Of a DNA stretch of 64,000 nt, positions 57,327 to 64,000 are shown piece after piece. This DNA is from a virus. Taxonomy: Duplodnaviria; Heunggongvirae; Uroviricota; Caudoviricetes. The position numbers were made by a program, and so were the translations under genes. The notes beneath the pieces are model-generated. The model was given only the letters and a program-made list of their open reading frames with translations, did no database searches and was not told the origin of the DNA. The stretch lies in IMG/VR virus record IMGVR_UViG_3300032322_001781; one strand, given 5' to 3'. The first letter of the stretch is position 1. Each line of letters begins with the position of its first letter.

Positions 57327-59954
57327 ATGGCGAATGACAGAATAAAAGTAGTTGGATATGCTCAAAAAGTTGTTTATACTGATGGAATCGAGTATAGAAA
57401 CTTTACACCTGACCTAGTTGGAACACAACTTGCTAGTGATGGCAATACCCCATTATTTACAATGGGTAATTTTGCTATTACCACAAATTTGGACCCAAAA
57501 CTAACAAAGTTTTTTACTACTTCAAATTTTTCTAATTTTGTCACTTTAGCTACTTTAAATGTAACGTTAGAACAAGCGGCAGTATTATTAGATGATAATG
57601 CAAGACCAATTTTAAATTTAGATAAATCAAAACTAGATTATTATGCTTTGTTTGGTTCTTTAAGAGAACTTATGAGAGTTTCGCTTGAAGACATAATATT
57701 AAAATGGCCAGCTTCTTTGTATTTAACTCCACTCACAACAGGCGCATTAGGGGCTCCAGTCACTGGCTATACTGTTCAAAATTATGTTTATGATAACCTA
57801 TATGAAACTTCAACGTTTAGAATAAACACATCATTCATAAATAATAAATTTGGTATTATATACACAACAAATGGTACATTAACCAATACTTTTAATGCTG
57901 CAAATGATTTAAGAAACTTTACACTTAACTATGATTCATATGCTATTGCTTATAATAATCAAGAATTTGATGTTTTAGATTACACAGCATCAACATATAC
58001 TTCAAACGATTATGCTTATTTTAAAGTAAAAGGCAATCCATTTTCAGGTTCAACAGATTTAGCTGCTACTTATCATATAAAACCTAAAAAAGTTATAGAA
58101 AATAAATTCTTTAATGAATTACCAGATTTAGAATATTACTTATTAAGTCGTGATGTAACACCAATATATACAGCTACATTTACTTATCCTTTAAAATCGG
58201 ATACTGGAGTTATTGTTTATGTTACAAATACGGCAACATGGCCCGTAACTGATGGATATAACATTGATTTTGATACTACTAATTACTTTGATTATGCAAC
58301 AAAATTATTAGATATTTCAGATGCAAATGATTTAACATCAAGTAATCTTATGAATAGGTTTTTGGTTTCCGAATCAATTACCTCATTTGATACCACTCCA
58401 GTCCATGTTTCACAAGAACAACAAGACGATACTGGTCAAAAAATAAATAAAACATTACAGATTTATGGTGTAGAATACGATGAATTAAATAGATATATTA
58501 TTGGTATTAGTTTTGCTAATTCAGTTAGTTATGATAAAAAAGATAATACACCAGATGTTTATCTTAAAAATTTAGCTAGCGTTTTGGGTTGGGAATTAGT
58601 ATCAGCAGTATTTGACAATGATTTATTAACTAGCTATGTTTCTCCAGCTCAATCAACATATTCTGGTCAAAGTGTTGGTTTAACACCAGTTGAAGCTGAT
58701 ATTGAACTTTGGAGAAGAATCATTCTTAACACACCATGGATTTGGAAATCAAAAGGTGCCAGAAAATCAATTGAATTTTTATTAAGATTTATAGGTGCGC
58801 CAAAAGGACTTATTCAGTTTAACGAATACATTTATAAAGCTGATGGACCAATAGATGTCGATTTATTTAATGCTATTCTAGTTTTAAATGGTTTAAATAA
58901 CAATGATTTGTCCTTGTATCCAATAGATGCAGATGGATATCCAAGACCATTAGAAGATACTCCAGAACTGTATTTTCAAAACTATGGTTTATGGTATAGA
59001 GAAACTGGCGGAACTGGGGCTACAATAGATATATTAGGTGGAAATAACCCACACGTTGGACCATATGATGGGGGTTCTAAGTACGTTGACCAATTCACAT
59101 GTCTTATACCTAAATTCAGTGCTGTTACAGTTAGTTCGGTTACAACAACAACTGATACGTCTAATTTATATAGCAATTATGATTTTGGTAGTTTCAATAG
59201 CGGTGTTACAACCGCTACAACAGTAACGACTGTAAATATGACCAATGAAGATGGTAGCACTTTAGACAATTGTATTGTTTTCGTTCCATCAATAATCTTA
59301 GACCCAAATCCAACACCAACATTAAATGAATGCGGTTGCGATACTGGTCAAATAGATAATGTATTAAGTCTTTGTATAAGCGAAACACCACCACCACCAG
59401 TAATATGTAATCAACAACCTACAATAACACCAACAATTAATACTAATGATGGAATATATTTGTTTAGATACCCACAATTCTTTCCAAATGGAAATGTATT
59501 CCCTAGTTCTAGAGACACCAAATTCACTTCAATTGAATGTTGTAAAGCATTAAATGGTAATCCATTCCCTTATAGTAATATTGACAGCCAGACTGGTATT
59601 GTTGTTGATAGAGGTTATATATGTTGTGCTACACCAGCATGTGGGTGTTATGCAACATGTAATTGGATGGTTGAAACAAATTATATAAATTTACCAATTT
59701 TAGGTTCACAACAATCACCATATTTAAGATTTAAAGACTTAGATGGAAGTGACCATGTTGTAATGCCAGATGGGTGTAATTGTATAACAAACTATACTAT
59801 TCCTATCCCAAATATTTTGGACCCATTCACCAATCAAATTGGCACGGCTTGTCAATTAACATCAAATGGTATGGCTGATATAGCTAATGGTCAAAATGGT
59901 AATATATATTCTTTTTATTATAATAAAGTAAACGGAATTACATCTTGTACATAA
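57327..59954 (+). CDS. Baseplate wedge protein (gp7 / P2 gpI-like) with Cys-rich C-terminus
   Basis: PDVYLKNLASVLGW and WRRIILNTPWIWKSKGARKSIEFLLRFIG resemble tail-I/gp7 motifs. Confidence 0.6.
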   Translation: MANDRIKVVGYAQKVVYTDGIEYRNFTPDLVGTQLASDGNTPLFTMGNFAITTNLDPKLTKFFTTSNFSNFVTLATLNVTLEQAAVLLDDNARPILNLDKSKLDYYALFGSLRELMRVSLEDIILKWPASLYLTPLTTGALGAPVTGYTVQNYVYDNLYETSTFRINTSFINNKFGIIYTTNGTLTNTFNAANDLRNFTLNYDSYAIAYNNQEFDVLDYTASTYTSNDYAYFKVKGNPFSGSTDLAATYHIKPKKVIENKFFNELPDLEYYLLSRDVTPIYTATFTYPLKSDTGVIVYVTNTATWPVTDGYNIDFDTTNYFDYATKLLDISDANDLTSSNLMNRFLVSESITSFDTTPVHVSQEQQDDTGQKINKTLQIYGVEYDELNRYIIGISFANSVSYDKKDNTPDVYLKNLASVLGWELVSAVFDNDLLTSYVSPAQSTYSGQSVGLTPVEADIELWRRIILNTPWIWKSKGARKSIEFLLRFIGAPKGLIQFNEYIYKADGPIDVDLFNAILVLNGLNNNDLSLYPIDADGYPRPLEDTPELYFQNYGLWYRETGGTGATIDILGGNNPHVGPYDGGSKYVDQFTCLIPKFSAVTVSSVTTTTDTSNLYSNYDFGSFNSGVTTATTVTTVNMTNEDGSTLDNCIVFVPSIILDPNPTPTLNECGCDTGQIDNVLSLCISETPPPPVICNQQPTITPTINTNDGIYLFRYPQFFPNGNVFPSSRDTKFTSIECCKALNGNPFPYSNIDSQTGIVVDRGYICCATPACGCYATCNWMVETNYINLPILGSQQSPYLRFKDLDGSDHVVMPDGCNCITNYTIPIPNILDPFTNQIGTACQLTSNGMADIANGQNGNIYSFYYNKVNGITSCT

Positions 59955-59978
59955 CATAAATTAATAATATAAAAAAAA

Positions 59979-62615
59979 ATGCCAAACGGAATAGGCCCAA
60001 ATGGTTGTTATAGCAAAAGGTATTTAGACAATAACGGTGGTTTATTGACTGAAAACCAAGATGGTTCTGTTTCTATATATGTATATAATTCGAATTTTGT
60101 TGGTAATTTGGTACCTGTTCATTTAACTAGTTATTGTTGTGAATTTTTGGGTTATACTTTTGATGCTGAAAATCAAAAATGTCTATGGTCAGTTAAACCA
60201 GACTGTAGTATTGAAAACACATTTAATATAGAATTAAACCCAGTTGGAAATGATGGTGTCATATTTAATGTAAGCCCAAACCAAATTTGTGAATTAAATG
60301 TAGAGTTTGATTATTTGTTTAAAATAAAATGCGAAACACTAAATAATTTTTTAATCTCTTCTCAAAATTCACCAGACCCAACCTATAGTCAGGACATTTT
60401 AAACCAAATAATACAAATTCAAACAGAGATTCAAAATCAAGAAGTTGCTTGTAGCACAATACAAAATACAATTAATTTTTTAACAGCTGCGACAAATACA
60501 ACACCTTATTCTGTTGAATGTATAACATTAGCAAACCCAACTTTCTGTATTACTGAACCAGCTGGTTTAAGTGCTTGGGCTACAATATTAGGACCTGTTA
60601 ATTATGAAAATTTTATAAACGGTGACGCAAACTCGTATAATTGTGATGATGTAAATCAATTATATACTCAATCTCAATCAGTTGTTGCAAATGGTGGTCA
60701 AGCGTTATTATCAGCATGTTCAATTTCATTTGGGGTCAGAACAACATTAGAAATAAGCTTAGCTAATTCATTACAACAACAAATTGATTGTGGTAACGAA
60801 TTGCAAAATCTATATTCTGAATTAGCAGTTTTGACAGCCACTACTTCTACAAATACAAACTGTACCAACCCAGTAGATATGTTTGAAGCTCTGGATGTAT
60901 CAATGACACTTAGTGTTGATAGTGGTGGAACATATGTTGTTGTATATGAAGACAATTCGTTTTTCCCACCAATAGGTGCTGGTAATTTATATAATTATCT
61001 ATTATCAAACTCACCAAGTGGTTTTTATGTTTGTGGCGGTTCAGATTGTCAACCAATGTATTTAAACACTGGTCAATTAATAGGTCAAAATACAACAACA
61101 TGTGATGCAGTTGCTGATAATTTAGCTCAAGAATTATTTACACAATCTGGGTTACAAAATACAACAGCTGATATAAATACGTTTACTAGTAGTCTACCAA
61201 CTAATTCATTTACATCAGATTGGTCTACTTTTAATACAATAATAAATGATTCATTTGTATTATCAGCAATAACCAATCAAAAAATTAAAATAAATCTAAA
61301 ATTAAATCACACATGTGGTGATATTTGTATTTTAATTGACAATATAAAATTAAACAAAAATTGTTCGACTTTAAAAAGCACCAATATTTTTGTTACAGAA
61401 TGCCCAGGATTTAAAATAGAAAAAGTCATTGATAATAAAAAATCATGGTTAAATAATTCAACACCTGTTACTAGGGATTTTAGAATTTTTAATCCTAGTG
61501 GATTAAATCCAATTCGTCAAACACATTATAATGTTAACGATGAAAGATTGGTTATAAATACAAAAGAAATAGATTTGGATATCAACATAGCATCAGCAAT
61601 AGAAACAGATGTTTGGTGTTATGTTTATGATAATCCTTGTTTATTAACTGGACAAACATTTTGTAATCCCTGTGGTAATTATAAGCAATTCCAAGATAAT
61701 TTTTATTTTGATTTTATGGATGGTTTCCCTTATCAATTTATGGATGATAATTCCATTAATAATACGGGCTCACTACCTTCAATTTGTTGTGGTGATAACC
61801 AAATTGATTTTAACGATTTGTTAACACAACCATTATCAGCTGTAACCACATTGGAAGAATTTAAATATTATGCCATATCTGAACTTATAGATGCAAAAAA
61901 TAGACAAACAATTTCAGCATATCCAACTTTAAGAGCTCTATATGACAGATACGTACAGAGTACGACATATTGTGCGTCACAAAGTTCTGCTTTTAATTAC
62001 AATAGCATGGACCAATTTGCTGGTTTGGTTGGTAATTATTGGGTTGACATAATAGAACAAGTAATCCCATCAACAACTATATGGGGTAGTATAAAAGTTT
62101 ATACAAATACAATTTTTGACCAACAAAAATTTAAATATAGAGAGTATACATCATTATTATGTGGGAATCCATTTAGTGGTGAAACGGTTTTAAGCCCTAT
62201 AAATGGTACCTCTGGCCAATGTCAATCAGTAGAAGTAATCACGCAAATGCTACCATATAGTGGTCAAACACCTATAAGAATAGTCAAACCTCAGTTATCA
62301 AGTTGCAATTCTTTATGTATAGCACAAATGAACCATGGTTCCGAATTTATAGGTGGTGTTAACATTATAAGCATCACACCTACCAGTTGTTCTGTTCAAG
62401 GTACTGTAATAGTAGATTGCTCTTTGGGTGTGACAATAACAATACAAGGATTTACAGCAACTGCTACTGTTGTAAATGGTACAGCACCAATATATTATGA
62501 TTGGAATAATGGTGATACAGGTCAAACAGCGACATTCTTATCGACTGGAACATATTCATTGACAGTAACAGATGGGAATTGTTGTAATAAAATAGTACCA
62601 GTTGAAATTTCTTAA
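59979..62615 (+). CDS. Cys-rich baseplate or fibre-attachment protein with a terminal SprB/Ig-like repeat
   Basis: Many Cys residues; IIEQVIPSTT motif; C-terminal NGTAPIYYDWNNGDTGQTATFLSTGTYSLTVTDGNCC. Confidence 0.55.
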   Translation: MPNGIGPNGCYSKRYLDNNGGLLTENQDGSVSIYVYNSNFVGNLVPVHLTSYCCEFLGYTFDAENQKCLWSVKPDCSIENTFNIELNPVGNDGVIFNVSPNQICELNVEFDYLFKIKCETLNNFLISSQNSPDPTYSQDILNQIIQIQTEIQNQEVACSTIQNTINFLTAATNTTPYSVECITLANPTFCITEPAGLSAWATILGPVNYENFINGDANSYNCDDVNQLYTQSQSVVANGGQALLSACSISFGVRTTLEISLANSLQQQIDCGNELQNLYSELAVLTATTSTNTNCTNPVDMFEALDVSMTLSVDSGGTYVVVYEDNSFFPPIGAGNLYNYLLSNSPSGFYVCGGSDCQPMYLNTGQLIGQNTTTCDAVADNLAQELFTQSGLQNTTADINTFTSSLPTNSFTSDWSTFNTIINDSFVLSAITNQKIKINLKLNHTCGDICILIDNIKLNKNCSTLKSTNIFVTECPGFKIEKVIDNKKSWLNNSTPVTRDFRIFNPSGLNPIRQTHYNVNDERLVINTKEIDLDINIASAIETDVWCYVYDNPCLLTGQTFCNPCGNYKQFQDNFYFDFMDGFPYQFMDDNSINNTGSLPSICCGDNQIDFNDLLTQPLSAVTTLEEFKYYAISELIDAKNRQTISAYPTLRALYDRYVQSTTYCASQSSAFNYNSMDQFAGLVGNYWVDIIEQVIPSTTIWGSIKVYTNTIFDQQKFKYREYTSLLCGNPFSGETVLSPINGTSGQCQSVEVITQMLPYSGQTPIRIVKPQLSSCNSLCIAQMNHGSEFIGGVNIISITPTSCSVQGTVIVDCSLGVTITIQGFTATATVVNGTAPIYYDWNNGDTGQTATFLSTGTYSLTVTDGNCCNKIVPVEIS

Positions 62616-62645
62616 CATAACAAATGATATTTATAAAATAAAAAT

Positions 62646-64000
62646 ATGAAACTAACAGATAGAACAGAATATTCAGCAGCAAGTTTAACAGATTTAATTC
62701 ACATTGTTGTTACTGGCGATACCTCACAAGACCCAGCTGGTAGCTCCTACAAATTACCCCTATCAAAGGTTGTCAACCTATTATCAATAAATACTGGCGA
62801 TTATTGGACCTCTGGTTCAACTTGGAACGGTTCAAACTTTCCAATTAAAGCCAATAACACAAGCGGGTTAGACGCAACTGGTACTTATGCTGTTGCTGAA
62901 GGTAGAAATACATTAGCTTCAGGTAATAATGGTAGTCATGCTGAGGGTTATCAAACAACAGCTTCAGGCTCATCTAGTCATGCTGAAGGTAATAATACTA
63001 CAGCTTTCGGCTCTTCAAGTCATGCCGAAGGGAATAACACTACAGCAATAGGTGCTGATAGCCATTCCGAAGGTTCAGGCACGATTACAATTGGTAGTGC
63101 TAGTCATGCTGAGGGTAATTTGACAACAGCCAGCGGTAACACTAGTCATGCTGAGGGTAATTTGACAACAGCTGTTGGGTTATATAGTCATGCCGAGGGC
63201 TTTCAAACAACAGCTTCAGGTACTTCTAGTCATGCTGAAGGTAGAACAACAATAGCTGGTGGGGTATATAGTCATGCTGAAGGTTGGCAAACAAGAGCCA
63301 TGGGACCACAATCACATGCCGAGGGCTTTCAAACAACTTCTTCTGGCATAGCTAGTCACTCTGAAGGTTATCAAACAACAGCTATTGGTGATGATTCGCA
63401 TGCCGAAGGTTATCAAACCAAAGCTATTGCTAATTACAGCTCACATGCTGAAGGTTGGCAAACAACAGCTTCTGGTGAATATGGTTCACATGCTGAGGGT
63501 TCTGGCACAACAGCTTTTGGCACATCTAGTCATGCCGAGGGGGTTTTAACCATCGCAAGTGGCATAACTAGTCATGCTGAGGGTGATTCTACAACAGCAT
63601 TTGGGAATACTAGCCATGCCGAGGGGTCTGGTACAACGGCATTTGGCACATCTAGTCATGCCGAGGGGGTTTTAACCATCGCAAGTGGCATAACTAGCCA
63701 TGCTGAGGGTTTTTTAACAAATGCATCTGGTACTGGAGCTCATGCTGAAGGTTCTGGCACAATAGCTATTGGTAATGCTAGTCATGCGGAGGGTATTGTT
63801 ACAAACGCAATAGGCGATTACAGCCATGCTGAGGGTCATGAAACAAATGCATTAGTTGTAGGAGCTCATGCTGAAGGTTATCAAGTTATTGTTTATGGTT
63901 TTTACGCACATGGTGAAGGGCAAAACAATGTTGTTTATGGTGATGGAGCTCATGGTGAAGGCTTGAGTAATCAAGTTACAGGGCCTTACAGTCACGCTGA
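62646..64000 (+). CDS. Tail fibre / adhesin with YadA-head-like 14-aa SHAEG repeats (3' truncated), not in ORF track
   Basis: ATG 62646 after TATTTAT: MKLTDRTEYSAASLTDLIHIVV..., then more than 20 repeats of SHAEG..T.A.G.. open to the window end. Confidence 0.85.
   Translation, partial: MKLTDRTEYSAASLTDLIHIVVTGDTSQDPAGSSYKLPLSKVVNLLSINTGDYWTSGSTWNGSNFPIKANNTSGLDATGTYAVAEGRNTLASGNNGSHAEGYQTTASGSSSHAEGNNTTAFGSSSHAEGNNTTAIGADSHSEGSGTITIGSASHAEGNLTTASGNTSHAEGNLTTAVGLYSHAEGFQTTASGTSSHAEGRTTIAGGVYSHAEGWQTRAMGPQSHAEGFQTTSSGIASHSEGYQTTAIGDDSHAEGYQTKAIANYSSHAEGWQTTASGEYGSHAEGSGTTAFGTSSHAEGVLTIASGITSHAEGDSTTAFGNTSHAEGSGTTAFGTSSHAEGVLTIASGITSHAEGFLTNASGTGAHAEGSGTIAIGNASHAEGIVTNAIGDYSHAEGHETNALVVGAHAEGYQVIVYGFYAHGEGQNNVVYGDGAHGEGLSNQVTGPYSHA
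62930..64000 (+). repeat. Coding tandem repeat of about 42 bp period (AGTCATGCTGAGGGT core)
   Basis: Degenerate 42-nt period; an exact 56-bp duplicate at 63516-63571 and 63642-63697. Confidence 0.85.

Noticed and set aside
981-62682. Short antisense or alternate-frame ORFs in the track (for example 981-1163, 6420-6818, 14056-14475, 15155-15718, 39369-39770)
   Set aside because: They lie within well-supported genes, have shadow-ORF composition and lack their own expression signals.
62930-64000. Regularly spaced repeats resembling a CRISPR array
   Set aside because: Repeats vary at third codon positions, have a period in multiples of 3 and encode SHAEG in one open frame; no cas genes are present.
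1-64000. Stop-codon reassignment as seen in some large phages
   Set aside because: Genes are full length in the standard code; TAG ends SSB and nrdA and TGA ends the tube gene at the expected C-termini.

Overview
This 64 kb AT-rich window is part of a large T4-like contractile-tailed (myovirus, probably jumbo) phage genome. The host is most likely a Bacteroidota bacterium, inferred from TTG-N19/20-TAnnTTTG promoters, A-rich leaders without Shine-Dalgarno motifs, and signal peptides cleaved before Gln. Replication genes: C-terminal part of a family B DNA polymerase, SNF2 helicase, glutaredoxin, gp32-like SSB, RecA/UvsX, 5'-3' exonuclease, DnaB-like helicase and class Ia RNR (nrdB-nrdA). Structural genes: neck and tail completion proteins, tail sheath and tube, tail chaperone with a probable frameshift extension, tape measure, two baseplate clusters and fibre genes. 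The ORF track misses a 50-aa ribbon-helix-helix gene with an operator-like repeat beside the sheath gene, a SHAEG-repeat fibre running off the right end, and the probable true N-terminus of a neck gene, which is cut off by a T10 tract. Other notable signals are a cassette between sheath and tube (candidate ejected proteins, an OmpA-like protein and a convergent secreted CAP protein), a TATTTAT late-promoter motif, an almost pure A/T promoter-to-terminator unit, and an SSB-like C-terminal tail on the polymerase. I saw no CRISPR array, tRNA, rRNA, integrase, reverse transcriptase or stop-codon recoding. All product calls come from motif recognition by eye; no database search was run.
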